Source: Eledone cirrhosa (lineage: Eukaryota). Taken from it: a stretch of DNA of 64,000 nucleotides. Shown here one piece after another: positions 1 to 12,250 of this stretch. The DNA lies in contig OZ024741.1 of assembly GCA_964016885.1 (NCBI GenBank), positions 77,376,001 to 77,440,000 on the forward strand, read 5' to 3'. Made by a program: the position numbers and the translations under genes. The first letter of the stretch is position 1, and each line of letters starts with the position of its first letter. The notes beneath the pieces are model-generated. The model saw nothing but the letters and a program-made list of their open reading frames with translations. It had not been told where the DNA came from and ran no database searches.

Positions 1-2694
1 TGGGCAAATCGGGGAAATGAGAAATGACATAGGAAAGCTTGAGTCACTACTGAATGGGACACTAAAAAACATAGGCACTAAAAATAGACTGGAAATAAAA
101 TACAAAACTAGGAGTAAAAAGCTAAATATTATCATAGAGGAATTGAAGCAACGCATTGTAGCAAAGAGTGCCAAAATCAGGCGATACGAGAACAGAGTCA
201 GTCAGTATAAACAGAACCGCATGTTCGACAACAACCAGAAGATGCTGTTTGGACAGCTTGGGGGGAAAGAAAGAGGCAACGACTTGATCCCTGGGGCGGA
301 ACAAGCTAAAACATTCTGGAGAGGAATATGGGAGCAGGATGTTAGACACAATGCCCAGGCAGGGTGGATTGAGACAGTACAGAGGGAGATCGGTGAGCAG
401 GCACAGCAACAGACTGATTTGAGTATCACAGTTGAAACTCTTAAGGGGCAAGCCAAAAAACTAACCAACTGGAAATCACCAGGCCCAGATGGTGTGCAGG
501 GGTATTGGATTAAACATTTAACATCCCTCCACCCGAAGCTGACGGCCATGTTCAATGACTGCTTGGTGTCGGGTGAGGTGCCAGAGTGGTTGACAAAAGG
601 TACCACAGTTCTGATAATGAAAGACCGAATCAAGGGTAATGATGTTACCAACTATAGACCTATCACATGTCTGCCCGTAATGTGGAAACTGTTGACGAGC
701 ATTGTGTCTGAGGAAATCTACCATCACCTCCACACAAACAACTTGTTGCCGGACGAACAGAAAGGATGCCGAAAGAAGTCACGTGGTACAAAGGACCAGT
801 TTCTTATTGATAAGATGGTAATGGGGAATTGCAGGAGGAGACACACTGATCTTGCCATGGGATGGATAGACTACAGAAAGGCATTTGACATGGTGCCTCA
901 TTCCTGGATCACCAAAAGCCTGGAGATCTTCAGGGTGGCAGATAACATCAGACAGTTGCTGGGCAGGAGTATGGAGTCCTGGGAGACAGAGTTGACATCA
1001 ACTGGAGTATCCTTGGGAGGCGTGAAGATCAAGAGAGGTATCTTCCAGGGAGATAGCCTGTCCCCTCTGTTGTTTGTCCTTGCCCTGATGCCCTTGACCA
1101 TTATGCTGCGAAAAGTGAGAGCAGGATACAAGTTGGGAAGGGGAGAGCTTACCATCAATCACCTCCTCTTCATGGACGATCTTAAGCTCTTCGGGAAAAG
1201 TGAGAAGGAGTTGGATGTGCTTGTTGACACTGTCCGTATTTTCAGCAGTGATATATGTATGCAGTTTGGTATTGGTAAATGTGGAGTCATTGTGATGAGG
1301 AGGGGTAGGTTGAGCAGAAGTAACGGGATCCAGATACCAACAGGTGAGATGATAAAGGAAATTGACTCTGAGGAAGAATACAAGTATTTGGGCGTTCTGG
1401 AGGCTGATGGCATAAAGAACAAAAAAATGAAGGAATTGTTAAGAACTGAATACATTCGGAGAGTAAGGAGCGTATTGAAGTCACATCTGAACAGCAGAAA
1501 TGCCATAAGCGCAGTAAATTCCCGAGCTGTGTCTATTATTAGGTACAGTGCGGGAATTCTGAGATGGAATGTTGCTGAACAAAAAGAAATGGATAGGAAG
1601 ACTAGGAAGCTATTGACTATCTACAACATGTTCCACAAGAGGAGTGATGTCGATAGACTCTACCTAAGGAGATCTGAGGGTGGAAGAGGTCTTATCAGCA
1701 TAGAGGACTGTGTTCAGATGGAGAAAAACAACCTATACAAATACGTGACCTATAGTAAGGAGCCAATGCTCAGAGCTGTACTGAAGGAGGGGACAGTAGG
1801 CCAGGGGATACCCAAGGAGGAAATAACATCAAGGAGGAAGAGCAGCCTTAAGGGAAAATCCCTTCATAGTACCTTCTTTGAGAAAACTGAATTTAGAGAT
1901 CCACAGACATGGAACTGGTTGAGAAGAGGAGACCTCAAAAAGGCTACAGAAGGAATGCTAATGGCTGCGCAGGAGCAGGCCCTCAAAACGAAGTGGTTGA
2001 AGCACCATATCTACAAGGAGGAGGCTAGCCCACTGTGCAGGATCTGTGGAGAGAGAGAGGAGACTGTGGCTCACATTGTGTCCGAGTGTAAACACCTAGC
2101 CCAGACCCACTATAAGGGCTGGAGACACGATGTGATGGGCAGGGTGATCCACTGGCACCTGTGCAAAGTAAACAATCTACCACATTCTGAGAAATGGTAT
2201 GAGCATAGGCCAGAGGCGGTGATGGAGAACAGTCAGGTGAAGGTGCTGTGGGATTTTAGGATACAGACGGACAAAAAACTGGAACACAATAGACCTGACC
2301 TGGTGGTTGTGGACAAAGAAAAAAGATCGTGCCTGATTGTGGATGTGGCCTGCCCGTTCGACACGAGAGTGCAAGAGAAGGAGAGGGAGAAAATTAACCG
2401 ATACCAGGACCTAAAGTGGGAGGTGAAAAGGATTTGGAACTGCCATGAAGTCAAAGTGATCCCGATTGTCATAGGCGCACTGGGGACTATCTCCAAAGGT
2501 TTCCAGGGATGGTTAAAGAAAATCGGCCCCTTCACGCTTTTTGGAACGCTTCAAAAGGCATGCTTGCTTGGAACGGCAAGAACCCTCCGATACGTCCTGA
2601 ATATCTGAGGCTGCAGGTAGTGGCTTGATATTCAATCCAACGGACTTTCCAGTTAACCAACATCAATGACTGAGATTCAGGGAATAGCAATAAC

Positions 2695-2725
<31 letters not shown>
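1..2725 (+). mobile_element. Dong/R4-type LINE copy 1 with ~80-bp 3' UTR and (TAA)n tail
   Basis: ORF above, UTR 2609-2690, TAA repeats to ~2724; the same UTR occurs inverted at ~15930-16011. Confidence 0.92.
17..2608 (+). CDS. Dong/R4-clade non-LTR retrotransposon ORF (RT, CCHC finger, restriction-like endonuclease); frame open to the window edge, so 5'-incomplete
   Basis: Uninterrupted 863 aa. RT motifs KSPGPDG, NYRPITCL, DYRKAFD, GIFQGDSLSP, FMDD, YKYLG; finger CRICGEREETVAHIVSEC; RHD and RPDLVVVD..LIVDV of a PD-(D/E)xK endonuclease. Confidence 0.93.
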   Translation: MRNDIGKLESLLNGTLKNIGTKNRLEIKYKTRSKKLNIIIEELKQRIVAKSAKIRRYENRVSQYKQNRMFDNNQKMLFGQLGGKERGNDLIPGAEQAKTFWRGIWEQDVRHNAQAGWIETVQREIGEQAQQQTDLSITVETLKGQAKKLTNWKSPGPDGVQGYWIKHLTSLHPKLTAMFNDCLVSGEVPEWLTKGTTVLIMKDRIKGNDVTNYRPITCLPVMWKLLTSIVSEEIYHHLHTNNLLPDEQKGCRKKSRGTKDQFLIDKMVMGNCRRRHTDLAMGWIDYRKAFDMVPHSWITKSLEIFRVADNIRQLLGRSMESWETELTSTGVSLGGVKIKRGIFQGDSLSPLLFVLALMPLTIMLRKVRAGYKLGRGELTINHLLFMDDLKLFGKSEKELDVLVDTVRIFSSDICMQFGIGKCGVIVMRRGRLSRSNGIQIPTGEMIKEIDSEEEYKYLGVLEADGIKNKKMKELLRTEYIRRVRSVLKSHLNSRNAISAVNSRAVSIIRYSAGILRWNVAEQKEMDRKTRKLLTIYNMFHKRSDVDRLYLRRSEGGRGLISIEDCVQMEKNNLYKYVTYSKEPMLRAVLKEGTVGQGIPKEEITSRRKSSLKGKSLHSTFFEKTEFRDPQTWNWLRRGDLKKATEGMLMAAQEQALKTKWLKHHIYKEEASPLCRICGEREETVAHIVSECKHLAQTHYKGWRHDVMGRVIHWHLCKVNNLPHSEKWYEHRPEAVMENSQVKVLWDFRIQTDKKLEHNRPDLVVVDKEKRSCLIVDVACPFDTRVQEKEREKINRYQDLKWEVKRIWNCHEVKVIPIVIGALGTISKGFQGWLKKIGPFTLFGTLQKACLLGTARTLRYVLNI

Positions 2726-2997
2726 TTTATAGTTATGTATATACTATAAACAACTATAAACAGGAAAGGTCAGTAATTTCCTACTACCTTATTACCAGTA
2801 AGAGAAATACCTCAATGTAAGAACATCAGGTGTTCAGTTGAATAGGAGGTTAATTATATGTACAAACATTCATATTGCTCCTATGACTCCAAACGAAAGT
2901 TTAGACGAAACGATTGTGAGTTATTAAATGATTTGAACACAATTTATATATATATATATAATATATAAGATCAAAAGATGGTTAAAAGAGTTCCATG

Positions 2998-3068
2998 TAT
3001 TTTATTATGCGCATTTCAAAAACAAATATCATCATGCAATAACATTTGTGTTTTCATCAGATAAAATA
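2998..3068 (-). ncRNA. Type I hammerhead ribozyme motif in the PLE 3' terminal repeat
   Basis: Minus strand: tattttat-CTGATGA-long stem II-GAAA-tgcgca-TA-ataaaata; 8-bp stem I, palindromic loop III. Confidence 0.85.
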
Positions 3069-3427
3069 GGAAGACATGATATGAAGGTTAAAAAACACTT
3101 GTGGATAGTGCAGTTTTAAATCAACATATGAAAAGTAGTTTTAGATTGATGTGTGGTATTGGGAAAAAAAATGTTGAGGGGTGGGTGGGGGAAAGGATGA
3201 AAAAGAGGAGGAGATGAGAGTAAAAAGTGGAGGGGGAGGAGTATAATGAGGAAGGATGAGATAGGAGGAGAGATGGGTGATAGAGAGAGAGAGATAGCTT
3301 TTATAACTGAGAAAAATATATTGTTTTACATAGAGAGGTTGAAAAACCGTTGGAAGATAATATATAAATTAAAAGAATTTGAAAATTAACGAAGAGAAAA
3401 ATAATGTAAAGTTAAGGTTTGTATATT

Positions 3428-3657
3428 GAAGGGTTTAATAATATGTGCGATGAAAAGAAATTGTTAATATGTATTAAGAATAATATTTAAGGGTTTAATA
3501 ATATGTGCGATGGAAAGAAAATGTTAATATGTATTAAGAATAATATTTAAGGGTTTAATAATATGTGCGATAGAAAGAAAATGTTAATATGTATTAAGAA
3601 TAATATTTAAGGGTTTAATAATATGTGCGATGGAAAGAAAATGTTGATATGTATTAT
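3428..3657. repeat. Four tandem copies of a ~60-bp AT-rich unit in the PLE 3' region
   Basis: aagggtttaataatatgtgcgat(g/a)gaaagaaaatgttaatatgtatta recurs at ~60-bp spacing. Confidence 0.95.
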
Positions 3658-4121
3658 TAAAAATAGCAATAGTAATGTAAGTAAGGATATATTGTGAAAG
3701 AAGTAGAAGATAGGATGAATAAGTTAATGAGCATGAATAAGTTAGATGAGCATGAAAGGGAGAAAAAATAATGAATTGAGGATGAATAATCTAACGTCAA
3801 AAAAATGTTTATGTTTACGAAGGATTTTTTCAAGGTAATATAAAGTAAGAATATATTGTACTGTGTAATAATTGTTCCTATGTTAGGCACAATGAGAAAA
3901 GGTACAGATTAGGGGTTAGAAATTAAAAGAAAAAGAAAAGAAAAGGGAAAGGAAGAAAGGGAAGTGATAAATAGGAGTGATATAGAATGAGTAACTAGTA
4001 TTATATAGTGTATAATAAATAACTTTGAAATAAGGTAGAAAGATGGGTATATTTTTAAAGAAGTATATATATATATGTGTGCCTTTGAGAAAAGGATTTT
4101 AAATTGATAAAGTATTAGATA

Positions 4122-5775
4122 TTAGCTGTATACTTTATGGAATGTTCTGTGGAATTTATGCAAGCAGAGAGAAAACAAGTCAGTGCGTCTATTTATTATA
4201 GAATCTAAATTACATATAATGGTAAATTTTTCATTTAAACAGAGATTGCATGTCTTGGATAGAGAACTGTTCAAGTATGGAGAAGCAGAAGAAACCTTTT
4301 TCCAAGAGATGTTATATTTAATATTTTTGTTTTTCAAGGACCATATGAGTTCTGAGAGTGCAGTGTTGGTTCTTTTAAGTTGGTATTTAAAAGACGAATG
4401 ATGATTATAAAGACGAGCTTTAAAGGAGGTGGAAGTGGAGCCAAAATAGGTGAAGGAATTGGTGTCAGTTATAACTTTACATTCGTAGATTAAGTTTTTT
4501 TCAAGACAATGGTTGTTGAGAGGACATTTATTTTTAACAGGGCAATTGCAATTGCGATTAGAGAGATTATTAACGAGTGACCTAGTGTTATCTATAGAAG
4601 GAATTGGATTGGAGAAGTTATTTGCGATAGGAATAATAGTTTCTTGATTTAGAATGGGATTAAGAACATTTAGCGAAGTTGTGTTTGACGTTGTATTTGG
4701 GTTTGCAGAAATTAGCCTAGAGTTTACAATGACGTCGGGAGTACTATTACTATTATTATGATGTTCAGTGTTGGAAGGAAGAGATTTAGTATTTAGTATT
4801 TTATTGTTGTGTTTAGAGATAATGTTGGAAATGTTGGAGGAGGTCGAATAGGAAAATTTTATAGTGTGTTTGTTAAATATTTTACTATAGATATGTGAGG
4901 GAGGGAAGCATTTATTTAAGGCACTAAAGAATAATTTAGGAATATTATTATTAATAGAGATGGAGAAAGGAGCATTATACCAGATTATGTTTTTGTATCT
5001 AGGTCTTTTATTAAAGTTATTGGAATGATCATGATTAATTATTCTACTGTAAGATCTTCTAGAATTTGTTTCTTTACTATATTTGATTTTATCAGGATAG
5101 CCGGCTTTAGAAAGCGCGTTATTATAGTAATTGGCGTTAGCATCAAAGATGTTTTTATTAGAAGATAGGTTATATATTCTTTTTCCAATATTACTAACTA
5201 TAGCATTCTTAATATTAGTGGGGTGGTTAGATTTAAAATTAACATAATTTAACATTGTTTTTATGGTAAGGGTAATATAGGCCAGTGTCAAGATTAAGAG
5301 ATACATCCAAGAAATTAGCTAGTTTGATGCTGTTATCAAATTCAATTTTTAAGTTATGTTGGTTAAAGAAATTACGTATATTGTTCTTAATAATATTAAG
5401 GTTAACTATGTTGCAATTTAAGATAGTAAAGAGTCCATCGTCACGATAAATTCCACTGTGAAGTTGAGGAATTTTCCGACTCAAAGAGTTCAAAATAAAG
5501 ATACCAATTAAATCTGTCAATTGGAATGAATCGGATGCTCCCATTGTGATGTCGAAGTTGTTAGAGGTATCAGCTCTGGTCCAATATTCATTGTTGAACT
5601 CTAGGATGGTTTTACGTGCGGTGAGAATGATGTGAAGTTCATCTGTGGTGATGTCAGAATATTTAAATGCGAAAGATAGAGCATTGTTGAGAAGTGAAGG
5701 CGAAATAGAAGAATAGTAGCTGGCAATATCAAATTGAACAAATTTTAGTTTGTTTTTATTATTCAATTTGTTGAA
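4122..5775 (-). pseudogene. Frameshifted PLE ORF: RT core, linker and GIY-YIG endonuclease
   Basis: FDIASYYSSI, DITMGASDS, GIYRDDG, NFLDVSLNL, then after a frameshift HPTNI, IIWYNAPFS, CNCPVKNKCPLNNHC, LIY..YFGST, CNLCLNEK, SLCLH. Confidence 0.88.
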
Positions 5776-5882
5776 CCATCTTTTGATCTTATATATTATG
5801 TATACTCCAGTCCTACAAACTGTAGAGTGCTTCTTATCCGATATCTGCATTGCTTTATTGTACTACAATAAAACTCACCTCC

Positions 5883-5921
<39 letters not shown>

Positions 5922-5925
<4 letters not shown>

Positions 5926-6377
5926 GAAAAGTTATATTTAAAATTGTTGGGTTACAACTAGTAAATATTTATAACTGATATAAAAGCACTCGACAAATAT
6001 TTGGAGTATATTTACAATATTAAATAAATGGAAACTATATTTATAAAACCATATTTATTTCATTATATATATTTCAGGGATATCATATTAACAATATGCT
6101 ATGCCTTCCTCAGACAAAATACAATATAAACAGTTTTATAGATAAATAGATTCGACATACCGTAATAACATCGACTTGCATTTGAAGAGGTTGATGTCAT
6201 ATCAACCTCTTCAAATGCAAGTCGATGTTATTACGGTATGTCGAATCTATTTATCTATAAAACTGTTTATATTGTATTTTGTCTGAGGAAGGCATAGCAT
6301 ATTGTTAATATGATATCCCTGAAATATATATAATGAAATAAATATGGTTTTATAAATATAGTTTCCATTTATTTAAT

Positions 6378-6382
<5 letters not shown>
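5922..6382. mobile_element. Palindromic non-autonomous PLE-derived element (two inverted terminal-repeat copies)
   Basis: Arms ~6013-6195 and 6201-6382 with 5-nt loop gtcat; homologous to the ends of the PLE at 30361-33020; (TA)n on both sides. Confidence 0.88.
6275..6340 (+). ncRNA. Type I hammerhead motif (mirror copy on minus strand at ~6056-6121)
   Basis: tattttgt-CTGAGGA-aggcatagcatatt gtt aatatgatatccct-GAAA-tatata-TA-atgaaata; stem I needs two G-U pairs. Confidence 0.75.
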
Positions 6383-6442
<60 letters not shown>

Positions 6443-6474
6443 TTATATATATATATATATTTGTTATATATATA

Positions 6475-6553
<79 letters not shown>

Positions 6554-7209
6554 ATCAGAGAGCGGGAGAGAAGGATGTATATGTACATATATTACATGTT
6601 TATATGCTCGTTGCTGGTTGCTAACCATTTCGTTTCCTGCAAACATTATTTTACCCAGTTTGTGTTTATGTGTATTTTCACAATTACTCGTTTTTCTTCT
6701 TTTATTCTATTTTATCTTATTTTATTTTATTGCAAAATTAGTTTTATCGGTTTCAGACATTTATCACGTATTAATTGTCCAATCGAGCTTCGTGATTAAT
6801 GTGTTATGTTGGTCAATCGGTCAACAAGTTTTTCGGCGTATTTATTGATTTGTTAATTATTTATTGTCCATTATATATTGACTTAGTAGTGAGCTAGAAT
6901 GTTTTGTTGCAAAATGGCCGTATGTGATATCTTTCCTACTGGGGCTTATGGAAATGTTTGGCTTTCCATCTATCGATCGAACTATCGTTGGACTGTGCAT
7001 TGTTAGTTTTATTATATCATGACCGCGTCATCTTTACATTGTGGATGGGCTTTGCGTTATTTGTGAAGCAAAGATCTAGGACACTCTTACACCTTGTTGG
7101 ATGTAGTACTACTTATTCCATGAACGGCCTGTTTATAAAATCGAGCTGAGGTTGGAAAGAGATGATGTTCCTAAACACCTTCTAAAGTCGGGGTTGCAGC
7201 AAAAGAACA

Positions 7210-7390
7210 GCAGTTTTCTGAATCCTGAAGCCATCACATCAGAGAAGTATTATCACGAAATCATTTAAATGCATCAAAACTTGCAGCGTGTGTCCAGCAT
7301 TGGTCAAAAGAAATGGGCCAATCCTCATGTACGTCATCGCTCGTCCAAACATCACACAACTAACGTTCCAGAAGCTGAACGAATTGTGAG
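7210..7390 (+). pseudogene. Mariner transposase remnant (catalytic domain fragment)
   Basis: Manual translation across a frameshift gives FLNPEAITSEKYYHEII*MHQNLQRV/PALVKRNGPILMYVIARPNITQLTFQKLNEL, similar to Hsmar1-type ITSEKY...LVNRKGPILLHDNARPH...QKLNEL. Confidence 0.75.
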
Positions 7391-7494
7391 TGCAGAAGGC
7401 TGCACTATTTCGTCTGTGAAAAACAACGCATTTGCGAGCCTTCTACCCTCGTCTCAAAATTGCAATGGGTCGTAAGCCTCCACTGCTGCCAACG

Positions 7495-8810
7495 CTGGGG
7501 CTCATTGGGAAATAGATCATTTGTTATCAGATGATCATATGTATATTCAGTTAGGACTGATGTTAAAATTTTATACATTGTGGTCAAGCAAGTTAACGGT
7601 CTGTAATTTTGGGGATTGTTTGTCTCATCATTCTTCGGAAGTAGGAATATAATGCCGTTAACTAGCCATGATGGTATCTTTTCTGGCTCCTTAACCATTT
7701 CATTGTAAAGTTGGGCTAACAGCTCATCAGACTCTGTGAAGGCATTTATCAAAAAATTTGGTAGTTTGTCTTTCCCTGGGGATTTCCATTTGCTGGATTT
7801 TCTAAGAGCTAAACGCAGATGTTCAACTGTTATATTTTCCCATGTTTGTTCCTCAAGGTAAGCTGTATCTTTCATTTGTCTGTCTATCCATGAGGCATGT
7901 ATATTATGAACTTTTTCTTCGGCCCAGATCTTTTCCCAGAATTCTTGCCCTTCCTCCGTGGGTGGTATTGATTTAGCAGTTATTGTTGACTTGCCAATTT
8001 TTCTGTAGAAGTTTCTTTGGTTGTTTTTGAACATTTTATTGTCCTTATAGAATCTAGATCGTTTTTCAAAGCGCCTTATACGAGCAGCTTTGGCCGACAC
8101 TTTTTGCTTGATTGTTTCTATCAGCATGTCTATGTCATTTGTTGATTTTATACTGTATTTTCTTTTCAATTTTCTAAGTTTAGTTTGTTTAACATGTTCA
8201 CCTACTTTGTAGTTTGCTAAAATTTCTATGTCAGATCGGAGAAGGTTTATTTGGCGATTGATGTTCTCTTGCCAAGTAGGTTTTTTTGTGGGAATTCCTT
8301 TGTTTTTTCATTTTCACTCCACATAAGTGTGTGGTGACTTTAGCCGATGCATAATAGAAATGATTTAGATCAGTAATGTTTAGTTTATTTGTGATGATAA
8401 TGTTTTTGAGAGTTATGTTAGTCTTGTGTATTCTCTTTTGGTTTTGTTTGGAGTTCTGGGTCTTAGGGAGGGTGTCTCGTTCCCCCATGTCAGATTCTTT
8501 CATTTTCATCCATTCTATCATAATTTCATTCTTCAAGTTGGCGAGTTCATTCTCATTCATTTCTTTATCATTGACGGTATCATTGTTTTCATTTTGAGGT
8601 TCATCTTGAGCATGCACACCTTCCACTTTTCCGATCCTTTCTTTAATTTGTGCTGCTGTCAGTGATTCCCCCAGCCCTGGGATTTGAAGTGTTACAATTT
8701 ACCTCGTTTTCACTAACACATGTTTCATTTTCCCTTCGCTGACTTTGTGCTAATTGCTAGATCTGATCAATTTCTATATCAGTTAGTAACTTTTTCTTAG
8801 CAATATTTCT
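7495..8810 (-). mobile_element. Decayed Dong/R4-type LINE of a second family (N-terminal region to start of RT)
   Basis: IETIKQKVSAKAARIRRFEKR, WKSPGKD and NYRPLTCLTTMYKILTS align with the copy 1 N-terminus; frameshift between ORFs 8231-8626 and 7405-8169. Confidence 0.85.
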
Positions 8811-8812
8811 TC

Positions 8813-9548
8813 GAGCCTGTCCGAGATGCGCGCAGAGCGACGAAACCGTCATGCACGCACTCGTTCAGTGCCCGAGCATTGCTGACTTGTGGAGCTATAT
8901 CGAAGAGTTGCTGTCGCGTGTAGGACTGATCCGGTTATCGACTGAGTCCATTGTGCAGATGGTCTCGCCGTCTTCCTTCGAGGAGGAAGGGCAGGCGGTT
9001 TTCATCTGCCTGGTGGCCATGGCAAAAGAGATTGTGTGGTGGACAAAGTTGAAAGGGTTAAAGACAGATACTTTCTCTTCGGCGAATCCCTAATTAACTT
9101 TTTCAAGTTTCACATGAAGAGGAAAATTAGGGTGGAGAGGCAAGTGCTGCTTTCTAGCAAGTTTGTTGAAAGGTGGGTGAATGTAACGAGAATGGTCCGA
9201 GTGGACGGGACCGCTCTGAATATACGCCTGTAGTTTGAGAAATGGAAAAATTGAGAGAGGGCACTTGCCCTGGTGGTCAGGGTGGCCGTGGTCTTTTGTG
9301 CGGTTTTCGCCACGAGTAACCCTCAGAGGTTTCCCCCTATTGGGGAATTGTTTTCATTGTTTCTATTTTCATTTTTATTGTTTATATATATATATGTTTC
9401 TATGTCGTTTTTTTATTTTTTTATAAATAATAAAAATCTTTACACGCACAAAACCCACATCGTAGCGTCCTGTACCGTCCTGTGCCGTCTGTAATGTTTT
9501 TCTTGATGTCAGCCCTTGTGGCCAATAAAGAAATCATTATTATTATTG
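8813..9548 (+). mobile_element. Tx1/L1-clade LINE 3' fragment (divergent subfamily) ending in (TTA)n
   Basis: CPRC..HALVQCPSI region homologous to 15243-15660; 3' UTR, AATAAA, attattattatt. Confidence 0.9.
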
Positions 9549-9869
9549 AGAGAAGCAAGTATGGCCCGTGTGAATGGGCCTACTCTGAGTATGTGTCTGT
9601 AAATTAAAGGTGGAAAACTGGGAGAGGGCACTTGCCCTGGTGGTCAGGGTCACTGTGGCCTTTTAATGGGCTTTCTCCAAAAATGTCTCTCGGAAGTCTC
9701 CCCCCTATTGGGGAATTTTTCATTGTTATTTTTTATTACATCCTCTGTTTTTTTTACACGCAGAAATGCCCATTTGTACCGTCCTGTATTGTCCTGTACT
9801 GTCCTTAATGTCTATTTTATGTAAACCCTTGTGGTTAATAAAGAAAGCATTATTATTATTATTATTATT
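9549..9869 (+). mobile_element. Tx1/L1-clade LINE 320-bp 3' fragment ending in (TTA)n
   Basis: Near-identical to 15609-15922. Confidence 0.93.
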
Positions 9870-10084
9870 GAATGCTATGGTTGACGGAGGCTCGGCTCTG
9901 TAAGGTATTGTAAATTTTGACCGCTATAACAATTGTAAATTGTTTATAACTTTAACCAAATTGTAGACAAAAACACCCTCCTCCTCGTGAGAGGAGTCTT
10001 TCTGTCCGTTATTTGGCCCTTCGGGGTTAAATAACCGCTTATTGGGGTTTTGTGCCCAATATTTATTTTAAACAAAAAAAAAAC

Positions 10085-12215
10085 ATGGCTACGAAAAATA
10101 ATTTTCATAGGTCACTCCCACTCATTCCGTCTTCTTGTTCCTCAATCGTCACTACAACAGAGAGAAGATTGTCTCTCTCCCTCCCTTCTCTAAATGTGTC
10201 TCTCTCCCTCCCTTCTCTTTCGCAAGCGACGCCAGTAAAGAAAAATCACGTGCAAAGCGGGCAACATTTCTCCACGACGACGACGACAACGACGAAAAAG
10301 GTGTGCGGGAAATACGAAAACCCATTTCATTCGTCTGACGTCATGAATAATAGCAGTAGCAGCCGTAATAACAGCAGCAGCAGCAACAGTGACAAGGAAA
10401 ACAAGAGTAGCAGCCGCAACAGCATCAGCAGCAGCATAAACAACAGCAGCATTAGCAGCAACAGCAACAACAACAGCAGCAGCAGCAACAACAACAACAA
10501 CCACAGCAACAGCGGCGGCGGCAGTAGTCGTAGTACCTGCAGCAACAACAAAAATAACAGCAGCTCTGACGACAACAACAACAACAGCAGCAAAGAAAAA
10601 CCAATCTCGTTTGCAGGTATCGCGAAGAACCTGGAAACCATCCTCATAACAAATGAGGAATTACAGGAAGCGAAGAAGATGGTGACGAAAACCGGACACC
10701 GAGCAATCTGCAAAGCAGCCGAAAAATGTTTCGAAACCCAACAGCACTGTACGGTCACGTACCGTACAGTAAGCACAAAATCCCGTAGGGTTGAAAGAGC
10801 CACAGAGGCTCAAATACAAAAAGCCTTAGGGTCTGTGTGGCAGCGGAAAACGCATGTCACCCGAGGCAAGAAATATGCCACCGTAGACGTGCTTTTTTCC
10901 ACACCCCAGGAGGCAAAGGCTCAATCCTTAGTGACCCTAAGGAGCGAGAAAATGGTGTTGGTGCACTCCTACTGCGGACAAAAAATTGTGAGGGTCAAAC
11001 TGACCCCCCTCCCCCCCGGATGGCCCCTTCTTGGCTGGCCGCGTCTGTCCTCGTCGGAATCGAGGACAAAACAACTGTACTGCAAGTACAGAAAAAAGTA
11101 AGAGAAGATTGGGTCGGCACCTCCATTGAGATGTTAATCCAAACCAACCAGGAGTGCATCGAAGCTATCCCGGATGTGATAGACTTCGATAACGGCACTC
11201 AACTGCCCATAAGTGTTGAGGGCAAACGCCCGAAATGCTTTCGCTGTGGATCGAAGACTCACCTCAGGGCCTTCTGCAACGAGAAGACCCTGAGAAAGGA
11301 GAAAACCCCCTCCTTCCGAAACCGGCTCCACGGCTACCAGCAACAGGACAAGCGGCAACCAGGAACAATAGGTCCGTGGCACCAACGCCACGGAAATCAA
11401 GAACAGCAGCAGCAGTGGAAGTATTAACAACAACAACAGTAATACCAAATGCAACTGCAACAGAGACTCCACTGCAAACATCACCAACAACAACAAGTGA
11501 AAGAGTGGAGCTGGTACCCCTCCCCGACTTCACAGAATCAGACATGGAGTGTGAGGTGGGAGAGGGATGGCAAAAGGTCGTAAGAAGGCACAAACGCAGA
11601 AGCAGCGAATCGTCGCCTTCGAAAAGTGAGGAAAGAAATGAAAAAAGGGTAAAGGCTACTGCAAAGAGACTCACAGCAGCAACACCACCAACATCATCAC
11701 CACCCACACTAGCACCACCATCACCACCGGCGACAACCCCACCGCCAACAACAACAACACCTTCAACACCACCACCACAAGCTCCAACATCGCAAACACA
11801 ACAACAAAACACACACACCCAGCAACAACGACAAGAAAATAGCAGAACCACACCCCACCCCCAGAAAAACAAATGCACGGCAATAAATACACACAACAAG
11901 AAACTAATGACTTACATAATTGAACACACAGACATTTCACAGCACGACTACATAATACCAGCACCAATCAAAACGCCAACGAACATAAGACTGGTAAAAA
12001 TAGCACAGAAACAATACACAAACATTAAAACGAAATTCCCCAACGCAGTTGGTGATTTCAGAGACCTAGGAGGGACTCTCAACCGGAGAGTATATTCGGA
12101 CATACTCATAGAAGAGCCGACGACCAGCCGAAGGGACGATTCAACGGTCCCTTCACCAGACGATCAAGTGAAAAGGGATGGAGAAACCATCCGTCCTCTA
12201 CGAAAAGTTCGGTAA
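10085..12215 (+). pseudogene. LINE ORF1 (gag-like, zinc knuckle), split by two frameshifts
   Basis: Three overlapping ORFs; CFRCGSKTHLRAFC (CX2CX4HX4C); GWQKVVRR motif; S/N- and T/P-rich linkers; one shift at the C run near 11024-11037. Confidence 0.8.
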
Positions 12216-12250
12216 GTGGTCTTTCCCATCTTTTCCACTCCATTTTAAAC

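Larger units (their letters stand above)
2945..5885 (-). mobile_element. Penelope-like element (Naiad-type), 5'-truncated, with short inverted 5' segment
   Basis: RT ORF 5239-5850 and GIY-YIG ORF 4122-5306; 2957-2983 is the reverse complement of 5774-5800; both ends in (TA)n. Confidence 0.88.

Noticed and set aside
122-2535. Minus-strand ORFs overlapping the Dong ORF, and plus-strand equivalents at 16085-17462
   Set aside because: Antisense shadows of the retrotransposon ORF with no independent motifs.
2874-2925. Hammerhead-like ctc-CTATGA..aaacGAAAgttt..GAAAcgatt..gag
   Set aside because: The core lacks a conserved base and stem I is too weak; at most a decayed motif.
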